The notes: a model not told the origin generated them from the letters alone. DNA of 32,000 nucleotides from Candidatus Nitrosopumilus koreensis AR1 (GCF_000299365.1 NC_018655.1:1530001-1562000); one strand, 5' to 3'; positions 9,529 through 17,582 are shown, counted from the first letter of the stretch. A program made the numbers and translations.

Positions 9529-10023
9529 ATGGCATTACAGAGTAAGATGACAGTTTATGTTGCAATAGCAGGAGTACTTGCTTTGATGGGAGGAATTGTT
9601 TACTATGCTAGTTTAGATAATGCTCAATTAGAACAAGCTGAAATTGAATTGTTTAGTGTTGAATTAAGAGATGTGGATGAAGTAAAGAACCAAGCAAAGT
9701 TTGATGTTACATTTCTTGTGAAGAATCCTAGTGATAAAGCATTTACAGTTGGAGTTATTGACTATCATCTTTTTACTAATGGAATCGAATTAGGTTCGGG
9801 GCAATATTCTGCAATGGATGTTGCATTACCAGGAAGAGCAGTGTTTTCTTCAGGTGATCAAATACCTTTGAAAAGCACATTTGTGCTAACAAAATCTGAA
9901 ACAACACCAGAAATTTATGAAGATATGATAAATGAAAAAATCAATAGTTTTTCTGCTGAGGGAATTCTTACCACTCAGACTTCATGGAGCACTATTGACA
10001 AAGAATTCAGTACTGGATTTTAA
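9529..10023 (+). CDS. Membrane-anchored LEA14/WHy-like domain protein, conserved hypothetical
   Basis: N-terminal TM helix followed by ELFSVELRDVDEVKNQAKFDVTFLVKNPSDKAFTVGVIDYHLFTNGIELGSG. Confidence 0.5.
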   Translation: MALQSKMTVYVAIAGVLALMGGIVYYASLDNAQLEQAEIELFSVELRDVDEVKNQAKFDVTFLVKNPSDKAFTVGVIDYHLFTNGIELGSGQYSAMDVALPGRAVFSSGDQIPLKSTFVLTKSETTPEIYEDMINEKINSFSAEGILTTQTSWSTIDKEFSTGF

Positions 10024-10031
10024 TTAAAAAG

Positions 10032-10105
10032 TGGGCCGAGAGAGATTCGAACTCACGATCACCGCCGTGTCGAGGCGGTATCCTAACCAGCTAGACTACC
10101 GGCCC
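10032..10105 (-). tRNA. tRNA-Val (anticodon GAC by position), with noncanonical C33
   Basis: Reverse complement GGGCCGGTAGTCTAGCTGGTTAGGATACCGCCTCGACACGGCGGTGATCGTGAGTTCGAATCTCTCTCGGCCCA folds as cloverleaf: acceptor GGGCCGG/TCGGCCC, anticodon stem CCGCC/GGCGG, loop TCGACAC, T loop TTCGAAT. Confidence 0.8.
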
Positions 10106-10187
10106 ATTGAAATACAAAACTAAATGGTGGCATTATTAACGTTTAACAAAAGAAAGGATGAATAAAAAGAAGAAAGGCGTGAATTAG

Positions 10188-10898
10188 TTGAAAGATAATT
10201 TTACTGAAGAAGAGAAAAGAGGATTCTACAAGGCAATTTATTCAAGAAGGGATGTTAGATCTCATTTTACATCAAAGCCTATAGAAGACGATATTCTTTC
10301 AAAAATTCTTCATGCAGCACATCATGCGCCATCTGTAGGATTTTCACAACCATGGAATTTTATTTTGATAAAGGATATTGAAACAAAAAAGAAAATTAAA
10401 GAATCATTTGAAGAAGAGAAAAATCGTTCATCACAGTTAGTAGAAGAACCAAAGAGATCAAAATATCTTTCATTCAAGTTAGAAGGAATTTTAGAATCTC
10501 CAGTAAATCTATGCGTTACATATGATCCATCAAAATTTGGCCCATTTGTGATTGGCAGATCAAGTATTCCTGAAGCAGGATTGTATAGCGTATGTTGTGC
10601 AATTCAAAATTTGTGGTTGTCAGCAAGAACTGAAGGAATTGGTCTTGGATGGGTAAGTATTCTATCAAATGAAACATTAAAAGAAAATTTAGAATTACCA
10701 GAACATGTTGTTCCTGTTGCGTATTTGTGTTTAGGATACGTAGATGACTTTGCAGAAAAACCAGATCTTGAAACTGCAGGATGGTTACCAAGATTAGAAC
10801 TAAAAGATGTAGTATATTTTGAAAAATGGAATGATCAAAAAAATGAAAATTGGCGAAGTATTCAAAAAATGATCAGAGAAAATTTTGACTACGCTTAA
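10188..10898 (+). CDS. bluB: 5,6-dimethylbenzimidazole synthase (BluB), nitroreductase fold
   Basis: SRRDVRSHF, HHAPSVGFSQPWNFILI, SSIPEAGLYSVCCAIQNLWLSARTEGIGLGWVSI, characteristic of BluB. Confidence 0.88.
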   Translation: MKDNFTEEEKRGFYKAIYSRRDVRSHFTSKPIEDDILSKILHAAHHAPSVGFSQPWNFILIKDIETKKKIKESFEEEKNRSSQLVEEPKRSKYLSFKLEGILESPVNLCVTYDPSKFGPFVIGRSSIPEAGLYSVCCAIQNLWLSARTEGIGLGWVSILSNETLKENLELPEHVVPVAYLCLGYVDDFAEKPDLETAGWLPRLELKDVVYFEKWNDQKNENWRSIQKMIRENFDYA

Positions 10899-10922
10899 AT
10901 AATTAAGAATGTTTTTTTTGCT

Positions 10923-11015
10923 GGGCTTGTGGCGCAGAGTCAATTTGACGCGAAACATGGATAGCGTGGTAGCCTCCTAAGTTACAGGTCGAGGGATCGA
11001 AGCCCTCCAAGCCCG
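10923..11015 (+). tRNA. tRNA-Arg (CCT), with a probable ~18-nt intron in the D-loop
   Basis: Acceptor GGGCTTG/CAAGCCC, D stem GCGC/GCGT, anticodon arm GTAGC-CTCCTAA-GTTAC, T arm GAGGG-ATCGAAG-CCCTC, discriminator G. D-loop region is 28 nt instead of ~10. Confidence 0.8.
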
Positions 11016-11065
11016 TTTTATTTTTTGTAATGGAAATTTAAATAGAAAGACAAGTGGTTTGAAAT

Positions 11066-11593
11066 ATGAAAATTGTAGTAATTTCTGGCAGTCCTAGAAA
11101 GAATGCAAATACACAGATCATAATGAAATATGTTTATGAATACACTAAATCAAAGAATCAGGATACAAAATTTATCAATCTATCTGAAGGTCAGATTGAA
11201 TGTTACAGAGGACCTGAAGAAGAATATAATGAAGCTACAAAAAATGCGGCACAAAACATTATGGATGCAGATGTTTGGTTGATAGGATCACCTATTTACA
11301 ATTCATTTTTTAGTTCTGCATTAAAAAATCTGTTTGAATACATCAATTACAAAGAGACTGCAGGAAAGGTGGCAGGGATGGCAATTTTGGCTGCAGGAAA
11401 TATTGGTTTTGTTGATGTTCAGACGTTAATTACCCAGTTATTATCATATTTCAGAGCAATCACAAATCCAAAGGCTGTTTTTTTAACTACCGAATCTATT
11501 ACTGAAAATAAAATTTTGAAGGACGATGCAAAAAATAGGTTAAAAGAAATGGTGGATGAAACTTTAGAAATTGCAACAAAATTACAAAAATAG
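11066..11593 (+). CDS. NADPH-dependent FMN reductase / flavodoxin-family protein
   Basis: VVISGSPRKNANTQIIMKYV...; DVWLIGSPIYNSFFSSALKNLFEYI; flavodoxin-like fold motifs. Confidence 0.8.
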   Translation: MKIVVISGSPRKNANTQIIMKYVYEYTKSKNQDTKFINLSEGQIECYRGPEEEYNEATKNAAQNIMDADVWLIGSPIYNSFFSSALKNLFEYINYKETAGKVAGMAILAAGNIGFVDVQTLITQLLSYFRAITNPKAVFLTTESITENKILKDDAKNRLKEMVDETLEIATKLQK

Positions 11594-11877
11594 TGTATAC
11601 ATATGTCTGGTAAAATAATTTATAATTTTAACATCAGAGATTAGATTGTTTTTCAAGAAATTTTTTAAATCATATGATAAGATTAAAAAATGAAAATTGA
11701 ATAATAGCAATTATTTTCTAATTTAAGAATACATCTGCTAATCTTTATCATCAAATGACTAATACATTTTTAAAAAATCAATTTAAACAATAAAAATTAC
11801 ATATTAGAGTCATCAAATATTTCATTCGTGTTAAAACTGTAAAAGTCAAATACTGACAAAACATACAAGATATACAA

Positions 11878-11997
11878 TTGAGCGAAAGAAGAGATCCTAC
11901 AGAATTATGTTCATGTAAATGTCATTATGGAGGTGCAGAAAGTTGTCCGGGTTGTAAGAGTAATCACGGTGTTGTTTGTTGTCATTGCAAGGACTAA
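11878..11997 (+). CDS. 39-aa cysteine-rich putative metal-binding microprotein (TTG start)
   Basis: Manual translation MSERRDPTELCSCKCHYGGAESCPGCKSNHGVVCCHCKD*; 8 Cys in CxCxC / CxxC / CCxC pattern. Below the size limit of the ORF track. Confidence 0.6.
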   Translation: MSERRDPTELCSCKCHYGGAESCPGCKSNHGVVCCHCKD

Positions 11998-12005
11998 GTT
12001 TTAGT

Positions 12006-12515
12006 TTATTTTTTCTTAGATGCTAGCATTTTCAGATTAGCTAATTCAGTTTTCAATGATTCAATCTGAACAAGTGTTTGAAGATTAGAAATTTCTTGAT
12101 TTAGTCGTTCAATTTCACTGTCTTTTAGTTTTACAGTTTCTTTTAGATTGTTTAGTTCAGAAGATAAATCATTTTGAATTTGTTTGATTTCTGAAAGACT
12201 CACTTGTGTACCAGTAGTTGTAGTTTGAATTGTTTGTGTATTACTCAAGCTTTTTTTTTCGTTGTGATGAGCATGTTTATGCATGTAATCTGTGCTTTTT
12301 TGTGAAATCCAGCAAGTAAATGCTAAGAACCAAGTGATTGGGACGGCCATAATGAATACGAAATTTAGTATTGGTGCAAAGTCTACAAAATATGGCCAAA
12401 GCCCAGTCAATACGGCTGCAAAAACAGCAGTTACAACTGTAGCTAAATGATTTCCCAAATATCCCATAATTGATTTGAAAAATTCATTGTTTATAATAGT
12501 AATGGTAAAATTCAC
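12006..12515 (-). CDS. Hypothetical membrane protein with C-terminal coiled coil
   Basis: Two hydrophobic segments (VVTAVFAAVLTGLWPYFV; ILNFVFIMAVPITWFLAF) then heptad-like LKDSEIERLNQEISNLQTL. Confidence 0.6.
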   Translation of the reverse strand: MNFTITIINNEFFKSIMGYLGNHLATVVTAVFAAVLTGLWPYFVDFAPILNFVFIMAVPITWFLAFTCWISQKSTDYMHKHAHHNEKKSLSNTQTIQTTTTGTQVSLSEIKQIQNDLSSELNNLKETVKLKDSEIERLNQEISNLQTLVQIESLKTELANLKMLASKKK

Positions 12516-12552
12516 AGAAGAATAATAATTAAAAAGAAAAAAAGAGCCGATT

Positions 12553-12783
12553 TTATTCGTCTTCTTCAGAAGCAGTAGCTGCTTTAGGCATATCGGATTG
12601 TAGGATTTGGATTTTTTGTAGTAACTCAGTTCTTAGATCTCTTGCAACCCTTCTGACTGTTGGTCTTGGAACGCCAAGCTCATCAACTACTTTGGTATAG
12701 ATGTCTTGTTTGTCAGTTACCCCTTTGTCAAGATAAGAATTAATTGCTTCTTTAATGATCGTACTCTGATTTGTGCGATTCAA
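12553..12783 (-). CDS. Small HTH-like conserved hypothetical protein
   Basis: SYLDKGVTDKQDIYTKVVDELGVPRPTVRRVARDLRTEL resembles a helix-turn-helix. Confidence 0.6.
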   Translation of the reverse strand: MNRTNQSTIIKEAINSYLDKGVTDKQDIYTKVVDELGVPRPTVRRVARDLRTELLQKIQILQSDMPKAATASEEDE

Positions 12784-13019
12784 CGAATTCTAAACTTTAA
12801 TTGTTCTATATAAGACTATAACTTTTGAAATGTCTAAAATCTAATTTACGGAATTCATATTTTTTATCACATAAAAAATTCTAAGTCTTCAAAAATTTAA
12901 TGCGTTAACGAAAAACGTACTGATGGTTATAGATTTTTCAAGATAGACATACAATCTATAAGAATTCTCAGAAATATTTTCACAAAAGACTCTTATGATA
13001 ATAGTACAGAGTGTTTCTG

Positions 13020-13496
13020 ATGACTACAGCAAACATTGAAACAAATTTCGGAAATATTTCATTTAAACTTCTACCTGATTTGGCTCCTGAAACGGTTAGG
13101 AATTTTGAAAAATTAGCTAGAGATGGATTCTATGATGGTACTCTTTTCCATCGAGTTATTCCAGGATTCATGATTCAGGGCGGAGACCCCAATACAAAAA
13201 CAGATAACAAAAGTTCATGGGGAATGGGAGGTCCAGGATATAACGTCAAAGCGGAATTTAGTTCTAGATCTCATTTGAGAGGAATTGTTTCAATGGCAAG
13301 AGCACAAGATCCAGATAGTGCAGGCTCACAATTCTTCATAGTAACAACTGATAGTACATTTCTAGATAGACAATATACTGTATTTGGAGAAGTTGTTGAA
13401 GGTATGGATATTGCAGATAAAATTGTAAATCTTGAAAGAGATGGCAATGATTGTCCTTTAGAAAAAGCAGAAATGCTTCATGTAACTGTGGAATAA
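13020..13496 (+). CDS. Cyclophilin-type peptidyl-prolyl cis-trans isomerase (alternative GTG start 13011)
   Basis: ETNFGNISFKLLPDLAPETVRNF, FHRVIPGFMIQGGDP, GSQFFIVT, VFGEVVEGMDIADKI. Confidence 0.95.
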   Translation: MTTANIETNFGNISFKLLPDLAPETVRNFEKLARDGFYDGTLFHRVIPGFMIQGGDPNTKTDNKSSWGMGGPGYNVKAEFSSRSHLRGIVSMARAQDPDSAGSQFFIVTTDSTFLDRQYTVFGEVVEGMDIADKIVNLERDGNDCPLEKAEMLHVTVE

Positions 13497-14390
13497 ATGA
13501 ATTCAAAGATTTTTGTAATTTTAGTAATTATTTCTCTGATATCTGTTATTCCTACATCTTATGCACAAGTTTCAGTTGCAGACAAAGCTATTCAGGAATT
13601 AGTTGAGGTTAGAATTGATTCAGACGGTAGTGTACAGGTCATACATGTAATTAAATCAGCAACAGAACCTAGACAAGTTGATTTGATTCCTGGAACAGTT
13701 TCAAATATTTTAGTTACAAATGAGCAAGGTGAAGAAAAACAATTTGGAGAGATTGGAAATAGTTCAGTATTAATCATGCCATCTAATGAAGATTCTATTT
13801 TACAATATCAACTTGAAGATGTTATTTCAGAAATAGAAAGCATATGGACATGGAATTTTTTGTATCTTGAATCAACCAATTTTATTTTACCTCAAGAAGT
13901 TGATCTATTGTTTGCAAATGAACGTCCAGTTTATTTGGATGAAAAAAAAGGAATTACATGTCATGGATGTCAGATGCTTTTAGAATATTCCATAAATGAA
14001 TCAAGAGTTTATGAAAATGTAAAATGGGAAGATGATGAATTTTTAGTTGAGATAAGAAGTCAGACAGGTATTGATGAATTTGTTTTTAACCAACCCTCAA
14101 AGAGCATTACATTTGAGATTACTGGAGAAAATAGATTTGTTACAACAGTAATCCCTTTAGAATTATTGTGGGAACCATATACAGCGTTTCTTGATGATGA
14201 GAAAATTCCAGCTCAACAGTATATCAACAACGGAACTCATGTTTGGGTTAATATCAAACCAGATACATCAGGACAAGTTAGTATTATAGGAACAACTGTT
14301 GTACCAGAATTCCCAATAATTGCACCGCTTACCATAGGATTTTTGATTATTCTTGTGTTACCATTTATGAAAAAATTTAATCTCCACTAG
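13497..14390 (+). CDS. Exported protein with C-terminal PEF-type motif plus TM anchor
   Basis: N-terminal signal peptide (IFVILVIISLISVIPTSYAQ) and C-terminal TVVPEFPIIAPLTIGFLIILVLPFMKKFN. Confidence 0.7.
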   Translation: MNSKIFVILVIISLISVIPTSYAQVSVADKAIQELVEVRIDSDGSVQVIHVIKSATEPRQVDLIPGTVSNILVTNEQGEEKQFGEIGNSSVLIMPSNEDSILQYQLEDVISEIESIWTWNFLYLESTNFILPQEVDLLFANERPVYLDEKKGITCHGCQMLLEYSINESRVYENVKWEDDEFLVEIRSQTGIDEFVFNQPSKSITFEITGENRFVTTVIPLELLWEPYTAFLDDEKIPAQQYINNGTHVWVNIKPDTSGQVSIIGTTVVPEFPIIAPLTIGFLIILVLPFMKKFNLH

Positions 14391-14553
14391 AACCACAGGA
14401 ACAAAATCCATATTCATCAATTCTAACATTACATATAGGGCATTTTTCACCATAATCTACTTCCCATGGTTCTTTTCCAAATAGTTTAAAGTGATCATCG
14501 ATTTCAATTGGAATTTCGCGCTTTTTTTCCAATAATTTGTATAGATGTTGCAA
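14377..14553 (-). CDS. 58-aa putative zinc-ribbon protein (TTG start)
   Basis: Manual translation MQHLYKLLEKKREIPIEIDDHFKLFGKEPWEVDYGEKCPICNVRIDEYGFCSCGSSGD*; CPxC...CxC pair. Not in ORF track. Confidence 0.5.
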   Translation of the reverse strand: MQHLYKLLEKKREIPIEIDDHFKLFGKEPWEVDYGEKCPICNVRIDEYGFCSCGSSGD

Positions 14554-14579
14554 CTATACATACATTATCGGAGAAAAAA

Positions 14580-14768
14580 ATGAAAATTGAGTGTGGATGT
14601 CACTGTATTAAGTGTAAAAGTACGAATCTAGAATCCAATAAGATTGGGCCAGTAGAAAAAGATGGATACTTTGACATGCATCATACATGTAATGAGTGCA
14701 ATACACATTTTGATCATTTAGAAGGAGAGACTTTTTCTAATTGTGAAAAATGTAATTTTTCTAGTTAG
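14580..14768 (+). CDS. Small zinc-ribbon protein; likely start at ATG 14580 rather than 14508
   Basis: MKIECGCHCIKCKSTNLESNKIGPVEKDGYFDMHHTCNECNTHFDHLEGETFSNCEKCNFSS; several CxxC pairs. Confidence 0.6.
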   Translation: MKIECGCHCIKCKSTNLESNKIGPVEKDGYFDMHHTCNECNTHFDHLEGETFSNCEKCNFSS

Positions 14769-15237
14769 CCACTAGAGATTCAACAAAATAATGGGTTCTG
14801 TTCTCATGAGAGTTTTTCATAATCTCTTTGTTTGATGCCATTTTTGCCAATGCTTTTGATACATCTAATGGACTTGCAGCCCAACCGTATTCACGTAGTT
14901 GTTCAACAGTTTCTGTAACTGTTCTGGGTGAATCAAAGAATCTACTAGTTTCTAAAATACGTAATTTTGATTTCACTTCATTGGGAGAAATATGTGTTGG
15001 TTCATTAAATTCTGGTTCAAAAGTTTCTGCATCCTCAAGGGATTCTAATCCAAATTGAGTCGGATTTTCAGTAGATCTGATAACTGGTTCAGGTTCATAA
15101 ACAATTTTTGCTTGATTTTCGGGCAAATGGTTTAACATGCTTTCAATAATTTCGCCTAATGTTTGATTGTCAACGTAAAAATCTCTAGAGTCAACCTCAA
15201 TTTCATTCTCTCCTAACTTGAGTTTAATTCTAGCCAT
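14761..15237 (-). CDS. Conserved hypothetical protein, possible winged-helix-like C-terminus
   Basis: 158-aa ORF; SPRTVTETVEQLREYGWAASPLDVSKALAKMASNKEI looks like a helical DNA/RNA-binding segment. Confidence 0.6.
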   Translation of the reverse strand: MARIKLKLGENEIEVDSRDFYVDNQTLGEIIESMLNHLPENQAKIVYEPEPVIRSTENPTQFGLESLEDAETFEPEFNEPTHISPNEVKSKLRILETSRFFDSPRTVTETVEQLREYGWAASPLDVSKALAKMASNKEIMKNSHENRTHYFVESLVAN

Positions 15238-15367
15238 ACAAAATAATCATAGAATTTTGATTTATTTTGTTAGCTCTAAGGAGCTTAAAGAGTAGATCAA
15301 ATCTTTTACACAATTTATTGGGATTTTTTCCCTTTTGTGTTAAAATGTAATTTTCTTAAAATTAGTC

Positions 15368-15817
15368 ATGAATTCATCAAAAAGGGGCGGATTAATCGTT
15401 CTTTTTATTCTAGGAATGAGTATTTTTGGATATTCACAATATGCTTCAGCATCTCAAATAGGAGTAAGTATTACTCAAAGTGAATTATTGAATGAGAATG
15501 AAAAAGGAGCAAACTATAACATAGAATTACAATTTGAAAATCCATCTTTGTTGATATTGACTTCAGGTGCAACTGAATTCTTTGTTATTACAGATGATCA
15601 GATGGTAGGAAAAGGTCAGTTAGAACCATTCATACTACAACCTCTAGATAGTAGTTATGTAAAGGGGACTTATCACACAGATTCAAATGATAATGAATCT
15701 AAATCAGTAAAAATTACAGGAGTGACAAAATATGATGCCATAATTACATCTGTTGAAATTCCTTTTGTTTATTATCCAACAGAAGAACAAGCAAGAGAAT
15801 TTATACATCAAAAATAA
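15368..15817 (+). CDS. Exported hypothetical protein with LEA14/WHy-like domain
   Basis: Signal-like N-terminus; ITQSELLNENEKGANYNIELQFENPSLL...; 149 aa. Confidence 0.5.
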   Translation: MNSSKRGGLIVLFILGMSIFGYSQYASASQIGVSITQSELLNENEKGANYNIELQFENPSLLILTSGATEFFVITDDQMVGKGQLEPFILQPLDSSYVKGTYHTDSNDNESKSVKITGVTKYDAIITSVEIPFVYYPTEEQAREFIHQK

Positions 15818-15828
15818 TTTCTTCACAA

Positions 15829-16722
15829 ATGCTTACTGTTTTTGGTTCAACCGCACTAGATACAATTAGAACACCAAAAAAAACACTAAAGAATGTTTTA
15901 GGTGGTGCAGCTACTTTTGCTGCAATTTCTGCAAGTAATTTTGTAGATACTGGATTAATTGCAGTTGTTGGAAAAGATTTTCCAAAACAGCATCACAAAA
16001 CCCTATCAAAATATCTTAATTTGGAAGGGTTGTCTATTAAAAATGGAAAAACATTTCGTTATGATGGGAAATATGATGATACACTAAGCACTAGATCAAC
16101 ATTAAAAACAGAACTAAATGTTCTTGCAGATTTCAAACCTACAGTTCCTGAGGAGTATAGAAAATCTCAATTTGTATATCTTGCAAATAATGATCCTGAA
16201 CAAAATACTGCACTAATCAAAGAATTTGATAAAGTAAAATTTTCTATGTGTGACACAATTGATTTTTGGATTTCAACCAAGAGAGATGCTGTGATAAAGA
16301 TGATAAAATCTGTAGATGCAGTTGTTATCAATGATGAAGAAGCAAAACTTCTCACAAAAGAATTCAATCTGATAAAATGTGCAAAAAAAATGATGCAGTG
16401 GGGAGCAAAATATGTAATTATTAAAAAAGGTGAGCATGGTTCACTAATGTTTTATGATGATGTAATTTTTCCAACAGCAGGTTTTTCGTTAGAAGACGTG
16501 GTGGATCCTACAGGTGCAGGCGATTCTTTTGCAGGTGCCATGATCGGTTATCTAGCAAGTAAAAAATCAACTAGTCTTTCTGAGATCAAAAAAGCAGTTG
16601 TTTATGGGAATGTTTTAGGTTCATTTGCAGTTGAAAGATATGGATTAGATGGTTTGTTGAATATTAAAAATGGAGATATTACAAAAAGAGTCAAGATGTA
16701 TGAAAAAATGATCAGATTCTAA
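15829..16722 (+). CDS. PfkB-family (ribokinase-like) carbohydrate/nucleoside kinase
   Basis: GGAATFAAISASNF, AVVGKDFPKQHH, VINDEEAKLLT, VDPTGAGDSFAGAMIGYLA signature. Confidence 0.9.
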   Translation: MLTVFGSTALDTIRTPKKTLKNVLGGAATFAAISASNFVDTGLIAVVGKDFPKQHHKTLSKYLNLEGLSIKNGKTFRYDGKYDDTLSTRSTLKTELNVLADFKPTVPEEYRKSQFVYLANNDPEQNTALIKEFDKVKFSMCDTIDFWISTKRDAVIKMIKSVDAVVINDEEAKLLTKEFNLIKCAKKMMQWGAKYVIIKKGEHGSLMFYDDVIFPTAGFSLEDVVDPTGAGDSFAGAMIGYLASKKSTSLSEIKKAVVYGNVLGSFAVERYGLDGLLNIKNGDITKRVKMYEKMIRF

Positions 16723-16761
16723 AAAGACTTAAGTTCAATAATTTCTCAAATTAATTTATCA

Positions 16762-17109
16762 TTGTCACAAGAAGTAACTGAAGACAGATTAGATACTATT
16801 TTCCAACTTCAAAAAGGATTATCAGAAATGATGAATCTTGATAGATATCCAAAAGATTCAGAAGGAAGAGTATCTGCATTATGTACTGCAATAATGCATG
16901 AAGCAGTTGAATTACAAAGAACAACCAATTGGAAATGGTGGAAAACGCCAACTAAATTTAATGAAGCAGAAGCAAGGGAGGAATTAATTGATATTTGGCA
17001 TTTTGTGGTTCAGGCATCCCTTGAGTTAGATCTCACACCAGATGATATTGTAGCAGAATACAAAAAGAAAAATGAGATCAACAGAGAAAGACAGAGAAGC
17101 GGTTATTAA
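16762..17109 (+). CDS. All-alpha NTP pyrophosphatase, dimeric dUTPase-like
   Basis: IMHEAVELQRTTNWKWWK and EAREELIDIWHFVVQASLELDLTPDDIVAEYKKKNEINRERQRSGY. Confidence 0.75.
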   Translation: MSQEVTEDRLDTIFQLQKGLSEMMNLDRYPKDSEGRVSALCTAIMHEAVELQRTTNWKWWKTPTKFNEAEAREELIDIWHFVVQASLELDLTPDDIVAEYKKKNEINRERQRSGY

Positions 17110-17582
17110 GAAATTTTAATTTTTTCAGAAATTACTCCAAAGTTAGTTTCATTAATCAAATTAATGATTCTAATATTTTTTTGAAAGTGTTCTATTGCAT
17201 TTTTAGAAATTGTTAGATAAGGATCTGGACTGGTGGAATTAATGATTCTGGAATTTTCATCAATTCCATTTTTATGCAATTGCAGTAATGAATGGCCTGA
17301 TTTGTGACCCCAAACTTCTTTACCACAAAGAATTATTTTTTTGATATTTTTGTTTTGGTAAACATATTGTATCATATTGTCGATTCCTTTATTTTCTGAA
17401 AATAATCTGCCAATAATTGCTACTTTAGATAATATTTCAGAATCTTTCAAATCATCAAGTAATGATATGCTAGCAAGTGTACATATTGCAATTTGTGAAT
17501 TGGTATTACCAATGTAAAATTCCTGCTTTATAGGCAGAACAACTTTGCATATTTCTCCAATTATGTTTCCAAGGCTATTCAT
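17106..17582 (-). CDS. MtrA-like protein (tetrahydromethanopterin S-methyltransferase subunit A, soluble-domain homolog)
   Basis: VAIIGRLFSENKGIDNMIQYVYQNKNIKKIILCGKEVWGHKSGHSLLQLHKNGIDENSRII resembles the MtrA cytoplasmic domain; no C-terminal TM helix. Confidence 0.65.
   Translation of the reverse strand: MNSLGNIIGEICKVVLPIKQEFYIGNTNSQIAICTLASISLLDDLKDSEILSKVAIIGRLFSENKGIDNMIQYVYQNKNIKKIILCGKEVWGHKSGHSLLQLHKNGIDENSRIINSTSPDPYLTISKNAIEHFQKNIRIINLINETNFGVISEKIKIS

Noticed and set aside
10516-10791. Minus-strand ORF inside bluB
   Set aside because: Low-complexity translation (YYQQ/LLQF-type) opposite well-conserved BluB sequence; antisense shadow ORF.
11594-11877. Possible mobile element or ncRNA in the AT-rich intergenic region
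   Set aside because: No terminal repeats, ORF or stable GC-rich structure seen by eye; insufficient evidence.
12784-13010. Possible structured RNA between divergent genes
   Set aside because: AT-rich with no convincing long-range pairing by eye; likely just promoters.
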